Below, piece by piece: positions 55,597-64,000 of a DNA stretch of 64,000 nucleotides (within the stretch, counting starts at the first letter, position 1; every line of letters starts with the position of its first letter). Origin of the DNA: a virus; IMG/VR virus record IMGVR_UViG_3300047489_000453, positions 64,001 through 128,000 of that record, one strand, 5' to 3'. The notes under the pieces are model-generated. The model made no database searches. It had not been told where the DNA came from and saw nothing but the letters and a program-made list of their open reading frames with translations. Made by a program: the position numbers and the translations under genes.

Positions 55597-56075
55597 TAAG
55601 ACTTTTTTATTAGCTGGAGTTTTTCCGCCAATAGGGAAACTTGAAGATTTAATAAATTTAAATCACCAGAATTTTCTAAGATATGAGTACAGTCTTCTGC
55701 CTTGTAAGTCAACGTTGGATCTGCACTAATTCCAGGTCTTTCAACCCATACCGCGTAACTAATATAACCCCTTTCTATACAAGACTTTAATTCTATTTTA
55801 TCCCTTATACCTGTAATAACTTTAGCTTTTTCAAGACACATCCTTACTAATTTAGTGGGGTCGTCTTTTCTAAAATCATTAAGTATATTATACCACTCCA
55901 TTCGCCTTTTATGACGAGTTTCCCAGGCAGTTTGCTCAGGTATTTCAAGGGCATCCGCAACTATGCCTTTGCATACCCATGAAGCACTTCCTGCATATTT
56001 AAGGCCTGTTAATTTGGAAAACATAAACGCTGCGGTATCTTTTCCAGATCTTCCATGGCCGCAAAAAGCTATCAT
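55596..56075 (-). CDS. Deoxynucleoside monophosphate kinase-like
   Basis: IAFCGHGRSGKDT; ITGIR...E; WVER. Confidence 0.7.
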   Translation of the reverse strand: MIAFCGHGRSGKDTAAFMFSKLTGLKYAGSASWVCKGIVADALEIPEQTAWETRHKRRMEWYNILNDFRKDDPTKLVRMCLEKAKVITGIRDKIELKSCIERGYISYAVWVERPGISADPTLTYKAEDCTHILENSGDLNLLNLQVSLLAEKLQLIKKS

Positions 56076-56151
56076 ATTTGACCTTTCAGCTAGCAGGTCA
56101 CCCTATTCTATTCATTTTTTAAATTTGTCAAGCCTAACAGCAAATTAATTA

Positions 56152-56167
56152 GTGGAAACGTCTCCAC
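56152..56167. repeat. Dispersed palindrome copy GTGGAAACGTCTCCAC
   Basis: 1 mismatch; intergenic. Confidence 0.8.
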
Positions 56168-56171
56168 ATTA

Positions 56172-56426
56172 TTACTTCTTAGAATCCTTAATTGGTTTCA
56201 TAGCCTTAATATCTCTAAGCATTCTTCTTAATAACCTGGCCACTTCTTCTGGGCTTTCAGCCCCTAAGGTTGCCTCCGTGTGCCCTATAACTTTGTTATC
56301 TTTATGTGTTATCTCTCTGAGAGCATACCAAGGGTCTTTCTTTGTACCCATATTTACTAGGCCGTAGCACCATGCGAAAGAATAGGTTGGTTCGCTTATT
56401 TCTTCTTTAACTTTAGTCTTTTTCAT
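56172..56426 (-). CDS. Small hypothetical protein, paralog of 58074-58322
   Basis: Shared W.Y....DPWY...E..HK....LG.ES.E....L.RM pattern. Confidence 0.65.
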   Translation of the reverse strand: MKKTKVKEEISEPTYSFAWCYGLVNMGTKKDPWYALREITHKDNKVIGHTEATLGAESPEEVARLLRRMLRDIKAMKPIKDSKK

Positions 56427-56445
56427 AAATCCTCCGTTGTTTAAG

Positions 56446-57573
56446 TTAGTAACAATACCGAACTCTTGAATAAGGCGTTATTTGTTCAATCATATTTTTA
56501 AGTTTACCTTTAAGTACTGTCTTATCTGGTCTTGAGTATGAGAGAACGTTGGGCTTATTAGGTTTTGGTGTCAGGCCGAAAGGCCCTCCAACCATCATGC
56601 TATGTGCCTTGGGGGCATAGGCGTTTACCATTTCAAATTGCTTCTCTGAATGAGTGAGAAATATTATCTCATAAGCAAGTTGCTTTTTTACACCTAAGAC
56701 AAGCACGTCGTCTATTAGTTTAAGTAAATCGCTATATTCTTTTTCGTAGTTATCTGTGACTACGATAGGTGACAAGTTTAAATGCACCTCAAACCCAGCC
56801 AAGAACAGCTTATTAGCGGCATTTAACCTGTCTATTATTGGAGCAGTATTCATCTCTAAAATTTTACGATGATGCTCTGGCATCACTGATAGCCTAATCC
56901 TGTGATGACTAGGCCTTACGCAGTTCTTTATAAATGAATCAAAACTTGCAGACTTAGTAGCAAAAGACGTTTTTGCGTTAGGTATGGCGGATATCTTATT
57001 CATAATATCAACAACATGACCTGGAAAATTATCATGAGCTGTGAGCTGGTTGTCCAGTGTACAGTCGCTATCACAGCCTAGATCAAAAGTAATCCAATCG
57101 CCATGCTTAGGGTCTCTGTATTTTTCAAAGTCCCTATGAGTTAGAGATATCATTTTTTCTCTGTAAAACTCTAAGTTGTCCATGGTGTGTTGCACCATGT
57201 TTACAACTTCATAAACATCGCCATATAGTTTTGGGTAGTTATTCAAATAATGACGCTCTGTGTAGCAATAGGTGCAGCCGAAAGCGCACCCTTGCGTCAT
57301 CATAAGGCCCGGCAGAAAATCCGTAGAATTGCCATTAGGATCAGGCTTCCACTTAGCTGCTCTGTGTAGCAAGGCGGCTTTGGTGCCTTTTTCTCTGAAA
57401 TGGTCTTTGTATTCTGCGCTTACATTTCCATATTTTGGATTGTAAGCATGCGTGTTTGCTTTAATTATAGATACCCTGGCTTTAGGATGTGCCAGAGTCA
57501 TGTGATTTAAAAGTTCAGAATCAACTTCTTTCTCGCTAACATATAGTTCTTTTACTGATACTTTTTTCTCCAT
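56446..57573 (-). CDS. Spore photoproduct lyase-like radical SAM enzyme
   Basis: GCAFGCTYCY; FDLGCDSD (cf. SplB FEAACTSD); ATKS; RLSVMP. Confidence 0.75.
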   Translation of the reverse strand: MEKKVSVKELYVSEKEVDSELLNHMTLAHPKARVSIIKANTHAYNPKYGNVSAEYKDHFREKGTKAALLHRAAKWKPDPNGNSTDFLPGLMMTQGCAFGCTYCYTERHYLNNYPKLYGDVYEVVNMVQHTMDNLEFYREKMISLTHRDFEKYRDPKHGDWITFDLGCDSDCTLDNQLTAHDNFPGHVVDIMNKISAIPNAKTSFATKSASFDSFIKNCVRPSHHRIRLSVMPEHHRKILEMNTAPIIDRLNAANKLFLAGFEVHLNLSPIVVTDNYEKEYSDLLKLIDDVLVLGVKKQLAYEIIFLTHSEKQFEMVNAYAPKAHSMMVGGPFGLTPKPNKPNVLSYSRPDKTVLKGKLKNMIEQITPYSRVRYCY

Positions 57574-57589
57574 ACAAAATTTGTCTCCT

Positions 57590-57697
57590 TAAAACTCAAA
57601 AGAATGGTACTCGTCTCCTAACGCTCTTTTTGCAGCTTTCTTTACAAGCCTCGTCAAAGTTAGGATGACGAGGCTTTTTAGTATTAGGGGTTTTCAT
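57590..57697 (-). pseudogene. Chimeric remnant: sigma-gene 5' end joined to a copy of the 3' end of gene 58325-58573
   Basis: 57645-57697 matches 59222-59274 at 52/53 nt; the adjoining frame encodes LVKKAAKRALGDEYHSFEF. Confidence 0.65.
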
Positions 57698-57872
57698 TAA
57701 TGCGATCTTCGTGAATGAAATTTTTGCCTACAAATTTAGGGTCAGCGAACATAAAGATGCTGTCCGTAGGAACCAAGTCCTGCTTGATGGAGATGCTCCA
57801 ACGAGCATTCATGAAGAATGCCACATCTTTTTCATGTCTTAATCTCATAGCTTGTTCTTCAGTATGATCCAT
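57684..57872 (-). CDS. Small hypothetical protein
   Basis: AAGGAG RBS. Confidence 0.55.
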   Translation of the reverse strand: MDHTEEQAMRLRHEKDVAFFMNARWSISIKQDLVPTDSIFMFADPKFVGKNFIHEDRINENP

Positions 57873-57884
57873 GCGTATTCTCCT

Positions 57885-58064
57885 TTAACTCTTACAAAAG
57901 GTGTGATCGTCTATGTTAAAAAACAGCTTTGAAAACACAATAGACCTTAGGACGGTCTGTTGTTTTTCTGTTAATCTTTTAAACAGCTCTCCGCGGCTTT
58001 CACCAGAAAGCTGATACATAGCAACAATCAAATTCACCATTTCCTTTTCCTGATAATCTACCAT
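57885..58064 (-). CDS. 59-aa hypothetical protein (not in ORF track)
   Basis: AAGGAG RBS; MVDYQEKEMVNLIVAMYQ...; fills the gap between neighbours. Confidence 0.55.
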   Translation of the reverse strand: MVDYQEKEMVNLIVAMYQLSGESRGELFKRLTEKQQTVLRSIVFSKLFFNIDDHTFCKS

Positions 58065-58073
58065 GCTACTCCT

Positions 58074-58322
58074 TTACCGTCGGGGTTTAGTCGCCGTTGG
58101 ATTAACCAGCTCAATTACGGGATGGTCGAGGGCGTCCATCATCCTTTGAAGCTGCTGCTTTAAGCCTTCCAGCGACTCACTCCCTAACCTAGCTGTCACT
58201 CCTATGTGGGAAGGTGCCTTTATGTCGCCTTCTTTGTGCACAACTTCTTCTATTGTGTACCACGGATCTCCACCGTTATACACCTTTCCAACTTCAAACA
58301 CCCTGTAGTCCCATGTAAACAT
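58074..58322 (-). CDS. Small hypothetical protein, paralog of 56172-56426
   Basis: Shared motif pattern with 56172-56426. Confidence 0.65.
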   Translation of the reverse strand: MFTWDYRVFEVGKVYNGGDPWYTIEEVVHKEGDIKAPSHIGVTARLGSESLEGLKQQLQRMMDALDHPVIELVNPTATKPRR

Positions 58323-58324
58323 TA

Positions 58325-58573
58325 TTAATCTCCTTCATATTCACAAGAATAGTAATCGCCTTTTAGCGCCCTTTTTACAGCCTTCTTTACGAGCTTGTGA
58401 AACTTGCCGACTATTACTCTTTGCAGTTCCCTTTTTATTAGCTCAAAATTACCGTCGTCTACTAAGTCAGGGTCTAACCCTATGTTCTTAAGATCCTTGT
58501 CTCTAAGACAAATCTTTTTTCCGCCCGGGAATGAGAGGTTTACGTGTCTTTTTTGGGTCCTTTTTTTGGTCAT
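58325..58573 (-). CDS. Small hypothetical protein
   Basis: AAGGAGG RBS. Confidence 0.6.
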   Translation of the reverse strand: MTKKRTQKRHVNLSFPGGKKICLRDKDLKNIGLDPDLVDDGNFELIKRELQRVIVGKFHKLVKKAVKRALKGDYYSCEYEGD

Positions 58574-58584
58574 AGTAGTCCTCC

Positions 58585-59274
58585 TTAGTCTAATTTACTT
58601 CCATACACGCCGTCATATAGCCTGTAGCAGTACTCCGGTAAACGAACACCGTGTTCGTTCATCAACTTTCTAAACTTTTTGTCGTAAAACATAACCCTTC
58701 TTATTCGCTCAATAGCCAGGCTTTCCAGCTGCCTTATCCTTTCTCTGGTGAGTTCTAAAATGTTTCCAATAGCTTCCAAGGATAGCTTTTCGTAGATTCT
58801 CTTTTTCACTATGTACTGCTGTCTACCATCAAGCTTGGACAACATGTAATTACTAAGACTGCTTGCTTCTCCAAGCTCCAGTAAAAAATCCGTAGGCCAG
58901 CTGTAGTAGTCTCTACGGTCTTTATGGGCTATGTTGTTTAGCCTTAGTCGGTAAAGTACCTTGGCTTTAAAGTTGTCGTCACGTACCCCCGACTTTCTAT
59001 ACTTTGCGCTCAAACGATCTGAGTCGGTCTTTATTATCCTAAACACATAACTAAACACCCTAGTCATAAAATAAGTGCTAAACTCACCTTTGTTTTTATT
59101 CCAGCCCCATAACGCAGTGTTAAATCTTATTAACAAGATTGCCCAATAGTCTTCAGCGTCTCCACCAAACAACTTAGATACCTTTATGGCGGCCCAGTAT
59201 AGAATGCGCTGATACTTTATCCAAGCCTCGTCAAAGTTAGGATGACGAGGCTTTTTAGTATTAGGAGTTTTCAT
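58585..59274 (-). CDS. Phage-encoded sigma70-family sigma factor
   Basis: Region-2-like KGEFSTY; region 4 LSLEAIG..L.LTRERIRQLE..A. Confidence 0.85.
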   Translation of the reverse strand: MKTPNTKKPRHPNFDEAWIKYQRILYWAAIKVSKLFGGDAEDYWAILLIRFNTALWGWNKNKGEFSTYFMTRVFSYVFRIIKTDSDRLSAKYRKSGVRDDNFKAKVLYRLRLNNIAHKDRRDYYSWPTDFLLELGEASSLSNYMLSKLDGRQQYIVKKRIYEKLSLEAIGNILELTRERIRQLESLAIERIRRVMFYDKKFRKLMNEHGVRLPEYCYRLYDGVYGSKLD

Positions 59275-59822
59275 CAGTTATTCGAAAACTTTGGAAGTTT
59301 ATGCATCTTATATAGTGTGTCATCAAACTTATCACGGCAGGACTCGTTAATCGTAAGCTTATCCAACGAAACCACATCGTCACCAATGACACTAACTTTG
59401 GAAACAAAATCATCCATGCAGGCATCCACGTAAGCACCATAAGAGTCTTTACGCATTACGATTACATCGCCAAATACAGCTGGAATTAATAATTGGTCAT
59501 GCATGTCTTGTGGTATTTGATGTTTTAAGATGAACATTGCCACCATGTTCAAATTAGACTCATCGACTACATAATCTCCATGCTCATCACGCTCTAGCTC
59601 CTTATGAGCACTGCTGGCAAATACCAACTCGTACCCATCATTAATTTTGACTCTTACCAAATCTCTACAATCCAGGTACCTGCAACAGGCAGCGCTGTAT
59701 TCACTGTCATCGTTTGGATGTGTAAAGAACTTACACACGGAGCCAGCTATAATCATTGAATCTTTGCTACATTCGCTTTCTTGCGCCTTAATTACCCCAA
59801 CACTAACGGATTTCTTACTCAT
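59274..59822 (-). CDS. Hypothetical protein (weak DUF3846-like resemblance)
   Basis: N.VA..I....VFGDVIV motif. Confidence 0.45.
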   Translation of the reverse strand: MSKKSVSVGVIKAQESECSKDSMIIAGSVCKFFTHPNDDSEYSAACCRYLDCRDLVRVKINDGYELVFASSAHKELERDEHGDYVVDESNLNMVAMFILKHQIPQDMHDQLLIPAVFGDVIVMRKDSYGAYVDACMDDFVSKVSVIGDDVVSLDKLTINESCRDKFDDTLYKMHKLPKFSNN

Positions 59823-59869
59823 TGTATTCCTTTCTGCTTTGCTTCAAGGTAATCATACCCTTTGAAAAC

Positions 59870-59990
59870 AAAAGCCCGCCACAACAAGTGACGGGCCGCA
59901 CGCAAAACTATAGTCAGTAATAAGATACTTATACACGCGCCTCTCGGCAAGCATGTATAAATAAAAAGCCCGCCACAACGAGTGACGGGC
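59870..59990 (-). terminator. Two tandem near-identical terminator hairpins
   Basis: 27-bp repeat AAAAGCCCGCCACAAC(A/G)AGTGACGGGC at 59870-59896 and 59964-59990. Confidence 0.7.
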
Positions 59991-60047
59991 AGCAAGGCTT
60001 AGAATCATTGATTATGATATGGCATTCAGCTAACGGGTCAACGTAAA

Positions 60048-60833
60048 TTATAAAGATATTAGAAAAGGATCGATGTCTGAGCCAAGAGCCTTTAAAGCCT
60101 CTTTAGCATATCCCCCAGATCTTTCTTTATCTGAAAGATACTCAAGGGCGCTTTCTCTAAAATCTTTATTGCTTAAAATAAACTTCCAACGCTCTAAGTA
60201 AGCTTCTTCGATCTTTAAGCTGCTTTTAAATCTAGTGTCGACAACATCGTCATCGTTAGTACGAAACTGAATGCTGGCCCTGTAGCGGCTTCTTGAACTT
60301 TTTAATTTTTCAATCTTTATGCCTGGATAGTAGTGTTTATAGAACTTTCTATTTAATGCGTTTTGCCAAGGATCTACAGGTCTTAGGTTTTCTATATTAT
60401 CGTTTAGTGAGTTATTGTCTTTATGGTCTATAAATTTATTCGCTATGTCAGCTTTACTGTTATGCAACATGTAAACTATTCTGCTTGAAAAAAGCCGCAT
60501 AGGTACCTTGTTTACGGTTAAATAAACTTGGTAGCAGTACCTGTCAATTGTGGCGCTTTCACCAGAAGTTCTAAGACTTCCAGCCGGCTTACCGGCATTT
60601 TCTGTGTTCCAAGCCTGAGACGTTTTGCTATTAGAGAAATGATGACTTGGTCTTTTTTTCCACCTAAGGCACGAAGGCGATGTTTTGTCGTAAATAAAGC
60701 ATTCTTCCAAATACTCTACTGGAGGCATGTTCCTAGTTCTTATATTAAATTTTTTGTCTTTCTTTACGACTTGAACCCAATGTTTCATGATGGCCTCCGG
60801 TGCCTTAAGTGAAAAGATATTAATGCTGCGCAA
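60048..60833 (-). CDS. HNH homing endonuclease
   Basis: IDHKDNN.LND.IENLR......NALN; L.WK N-terminal motif; abuts the polymerase gene. Confidence 0.8.
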   Translation of the reverse strand: MRSINIFSLKAPEAIMKHWVQVVKKDKKFNIRTRNMPPVEYLEECFIYDKTSPSCLRWKKRPSHHFSNSKTSQAWNTENAGKPAGSLRTSGESATIDRYCYQVYLTVNKVPMRLFSSRIVYMLHNSKADIANKFIDHKDNNSLNDNIENLRPVDPWQNALNRKFYKHYYPGIKIEKLKSSRSRYRASIQFRTNDDDVVDTRFKSSLKIEEAYLERWKFILSNKDFRESALEYLSDKERSGGYAKEALKALGSDIDPFLISL

Positions 60834-63800
60834 ACTTTTCAGGTATACCCATGGATTTGCAGTCTTCTTTAGTCAATGGGATTGACCACTTTGTAAAAAC
60901 TTCAGTGGCTATTCCAAGATTGTAAGGACCGCTATCTCCACTCCTACGTGTACCGTCCAAGTGGCATGAATATATATCAACTTTATTGCTCATGCAAGAG
61001 GGTAATACGTTTTCTACCACCCAAGACACGCACTCATAAGGTACTTCTAATATTACAGCGTCGTGTACCTGCAATATTATGTCATACCACATACCTGATG
61101 GAGCAGATTTTCTATACTCGTAAATATGGTCAAGAGCCCTAGACATTGCGTCAGCAACGCAGGACTGAATAGGGAAGTTCATGCTTTGTCTTTCATACTC
61201 AGCAATTACCGACCTATCCGTAGTAGGAGCAAACCTCCTGTATCTTCCAAACGCATTACATACCCAGCCTGGGGTCTTTACCCTTGATTTACATTCTTGA
61301 AAATATACTGGTAGCGCAGGATACATGGCGACTAGACCATTTATTAAATCTTGAGCTTCATTGACAGATATCTCAACGCCTTCTTGTTTTGCTTTTCTGG
61401 CTGTAGACTCCGCTCCTTGGCCGTAAGCGTATCCAAATACCACAGCCTTGGCTGCTGTTCTCAAGCCGGACTTGCCTGCCTCTTTTAATCCTTTCTTGGT
61501 TGGCGGGCAGGAGAGCTTAAAGGTATTAACAGCAACATTGCTATGGATGTCGTAATAGTCAGGATCAGACTCTGGAAGATTGGCTCTCATGACATGGTTA
61601 ATCATGTTCTTATCGCCTGATTGCCAGGCCATAATAGCCAGTTCTGCACCTGTATAATCAGCCTCGACAAGAACATGCCCAGGTCTTGCGCTTATAGCAG
61701 ATCTGAGAGGATAAGAGTATTCAAGGGACAAACTTGGACCGTGAGCAGAAAATATAGCCTTGTATCTGTCTTCTATAGTCTTGCCAAGGTTCTGCATATT
61801 GGGCCTGGAAGAAGACGCCCTTCCAGTTTCTTTGGTCTGCGAGAACATTGACCTGACTCTGTTATCAGAATGTATATAGGACAGCAGACCTTTTTCGTAT
61901 ACAAGGTCGCCGTCGTCATCGACCATCTCCATCCCGTCTTTATCGCACTCAGGCGGCCTAAGCACGGTTGTCTTAAGGTAGTGCAGTGCCCTGACATCCC
62001 TTAGGGCTGACACAACTGGGTTTCCGTCAGACAGTATGGTTAGAGATTCTTTATCGGTGGCTGGGGAATATAAATGATCTATTCCTCTGCCTACAAGCTC
62101 AGACCAGAGCTTTCCCTTTGAGCCTGTTCCAGTGCTTTTATACGGCTGTATATTCAGGGAAACAGCCTCTTCAGGTCTTAGTCTGATAGACGCCCCAGAG
62201 GCGTCTCTTTTACCTGAATACTTTTCACCAAACAGCAACTCTCTTTTATGAAATGTGCTAGACGCGTTGAAGTCCGGCCATTTTATCATAGCTCTGAGCT
62301 TATCTAACAAGCTTTCATGCAAAGTATCATAAAGCTCTGTTAGTTCGCTTACTCTGGCTTGGTCTATTAGTATTCCCTTCTGTCTCATCTCTATGAACGC
62401 TGGGTACGCTCTCATAGATAACCAGAAAGGAAGTCTACAGTTATTTCCGTACTTATCTTTGTCCAGCTTGCCTGGCTGATCTCCTATGCCGTTGTAAAAG
62501 TCATATAATCTTCTAGTCACATCGGCATCATAGCAGCCGTAAGGTATAATAACCTCGTCAGGGCATTCTCCATAACCTTCAAGAGCAGAGTCTTTAATTC
62601 CTTTCTCTTTGCAGTGCTTTTTACGCCATTCGGTTACAGGGCCTTCCCATCTTGGCACGTTGCAGTAACGTACAGCCTGTTCTTCTAGGTTGAACACATC
62701 GGTCTCGTTTACAGCATGCGCCGCAAGCAGAGTGTCGAAGCCGCCCTCAAACTTGGTCTTTTCAAAACCAAATTTAAACGCCGCCATATCGTCATCAGAA
62801 ATAACAGTAGAGAAGTCATCGTCATTTGGAGCTTCAAATATTGAAGTAAGATCCACTCCAAGCGACTTCATCCATGGTAAATCTGCTGTTAGATAGTGTC
62901 CTACTACCCTTACCTTTCTTCCATCTTTTGGAAAGAATATCTGATTAAGTATTTCCTTAAGCCTATCCATGCCGCCACCAAACACTACTCCGCCTCCAGC
63001 TTTATTAACAACAATACTGCAGGCTACCTTTGGCTTCCAAGAAAGTTGAAGAGTTCTGACGTAGGCATTTTTTTCTGTAGGCCATTCTCCATTCCATTCT
63101 AAATCTATTGCTATTACAGGGTTAGGTTCATTTAGTATTTCTTCGGCTATTAAGGCTAGCTCGGCGTCTGACCTTATATCCATGTGAGATATGTCTGTTT
63201 CGTTAGATAGAAACTCTCTTCCGTTGCAAAGCGCTGCAAAGTGCTCTATTGAGGAGGACAACCTGTCAGAGTGTTCAGGATATCTAAGAACATATGACGG
63301 GTTAACAGCAGCTACTGCTTTAGCCACATGGGTTGTTCCGTCGATACAAGGAATCTCTATATCAAATACTTTACCGACGGCGTCTGATAGTTTTTTATCC
63401 CTGCCGGCAACAGCTTTAAGAGCTTCATCCCCTGTCAGTAGAATGAAGTCAGGCTTAGCTAGCATAAGCTCTAGTTTTAGTATTGGAGAGCAATTATTTA
63501 CCCATACCGATTTTAGTCCGTTTGAAGACGGGTCAAGGGTCTTATGCTTTATTACATTTGTAAGGTAGAAGTCTGCCTTATCAAAGCCGTGCTGTTCAAG
63601 CAGGCTCCACAAGTAATCTCCATTAATACCGTAATTTATACGTCCGGCATTTATATCCTGGTCGATAGGGGCTTTTCCTATGACCATGTATTTAAACTTT
63701 CTAAACGGCCCAGGCTTGGAATTTGTAAGCCAGCACGCGCCAGGCACCATTCTTGCTTCCAGTATGTTTCCATTAAACATCACAGGAAGCATAAAAGTGT

Positions 63801-63900
63801 TGTCATATAGGGTGCGAAAATATAGGAAGTCAAGATAGGCATCAACCATCATCTCGTCTCTTTCGCCGGATCTAGACGGATTTGCTAATAGCTCAGCCAT
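60820..63900 (-). CDS. polA: Family A DNA polymerase with N-terminal UDG-like domain and 3'-5' exonuclease; frame is open to the window edge so the true start may lie upstream
   Basis: DLE exo I, YGCYD exo III, TGRASS..PNMQN, ADYTGAEL, RTAAKAVVFGYAYG, NFPIQS, QVHD. Confidence 0.93.
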   Translation of the reverse strand: MAELLANPSRSGERDEMMVDAYLDFLYFRTLYDNTFMLPVMFNGNILEARMVPGACWLTNSKPGPFRKFKYMVIGKAPIDQDINAGRINYGINGDYLWSLLEQHGFDKADFYLTNVIKHKTLDPSSNGLKSVWVNNCSPILKLELMLAKPDFILLTGDEALKAVAGRDKKLSDAVGKVFDIEIPCIDGTTHVAKAVAAVNPSYVLRYPEHSDRLSSSIEHFAALCNGREFLSNETDISHMDIRSDAELALIAEEILNEPNPVIAIDLEWNGEWPTEKNAYVRTLQLSWKPKVACSIVVNKAGGGVVFGGGMDRLKEILNQIFFPKDGRKVRVVGHYLTADLPWMKSLGVDLTSIFEAPNDDDFSTVISDDDMAAFKFGFEKTKFEGGFDTLLAAHAVNETDVFNLEEQAVRYCNVPRWEGPVTEWRKKHCKEKGIKDSALEGYGECPDEVIIPYGCYDADVTRRLYDFYNGIGDQPGKLDKDKYGNNCRLPFWLSMRAYPAFIEMRQKGILIDQARVSELTELYDTLHESLLDKLRAMIKWPDFNASSTFHKRELLFGEKYSGKRDASGASIRLRPEEAVSLNIQPYKSTGTGSKGKLWSELVGRGIDHLYSPATDKESLTILSDGNPVVSALRDVRALHYLKTTVLRPPECDKDGMEMVDDDGDLVYEKGLLSYIHSDNRVRSMFSQTKETGRASSSRPNMQNLGKTIEDRYKAIFSAHGPSLSLEYSYPLRSAISARPGHVLVEADYTGAELAIMAWQSGDKNMINHVMRANLPESDPDYYDIHSNVAVNTFKLSCPPTKKGLKEAGKSGLRTAAKAVVFGYAYGQGAESTARKAKQEGVEISVNEAQDLINGLVAMYPALPVYFQECKSRVKTPGWVCNAFGRYRRFAPTTDRSVIAEYERQSMNFPIQSCVADAMSRALDHIYEYRKSAPSGMWYDIILQVHDAVILEVPYECVSWVVENVLPSCMSNKVDIYSCHLDGTRRSGDSGPYNLGIATEVFTKWSIPLTKEDCKSMGIPEKFAQH

Positions 63901-64000
63901 TTGGCTAAAATCAGGTCCTGTTTTAGGGAACAGGCCTTTATGTTCACTTGTATAAATAAAAGGCCAGTCCTTTAATGGTCCGGCCTTTTCTATCTTAAGT

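Noticed and set aside
59870-59990. Possible mini-CRISPR (27-bp repeat x2)
   Set aside because: Only two copies, a 67-nt spacer, and each repeat is a plain hairpin plus T-tract terminator.
9720-63810. Many plus-strand ORFs of 60-200 aa in the ORF track (e.g. 12924-13436, 45063-45536, 51222-51824)
   Set aside because: Antisense shadows of well-supported minus-strand genes, with no recognisable motifs.
52860-63900. Inteins or introns in the RecA-like gene or polymerase
   Set aside because: No intein splice motifs or LAGLIDADG blocks seen; the HNH gene is free-standing downstream of polA.
1-64000. Stop-codon reassignment as in some large phages
   Set aside because: Long conserved genes are intact in code 11 and TAA, TAG and TGA all end genes.

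Overview
This 64 kb window reads as part of a large tailed dsDNA bacteriophage genome in the standard genetic code, with almost all genes on the minus strand. The right arm holds a replication/recombination module: UDG-fused family A DNA polymerase, RecA-like ATPase, RuvC, DEDDh exonuclease, ThyX, dNMP kinase, a sigma factor, a spore-photoproduct-lyase-like radical SAM enzyme and a ParB-like HTH protein. The middle holds a probable portal gene, a long glycosyl/methyltransferase cluster, an origin-like repeat region and small promoter-gene-terminator cassettes. The left arm holds an array of probable virion-internal proteins sharing a short leader motif, more glycan enzymes, PhoH, a C39 peptidase and the 3' end of a class II ribonucleotide reductase. 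Main unexplained signals: (1) an ORF-free, heavily base-paired ~600-nt RNA-like element at 41.6-42.2 kb; (2) unrelated payload proteins sharing a portable AxxFGxxMGKxA leader, with DNA-level signs of leader shuffling; (3) a 16-bp palindrome GTGGAGACGTCTCCAC dispersed across the window, including inside genes; (4) a TWAATT-N14-GTCATA promoter paired with a hairpin-TTTTTTTAGCTAT terminator; (5) a ~490-nt same-strand dual-coding overlap. All family calls come from motif recognition by eye; no database search was run.
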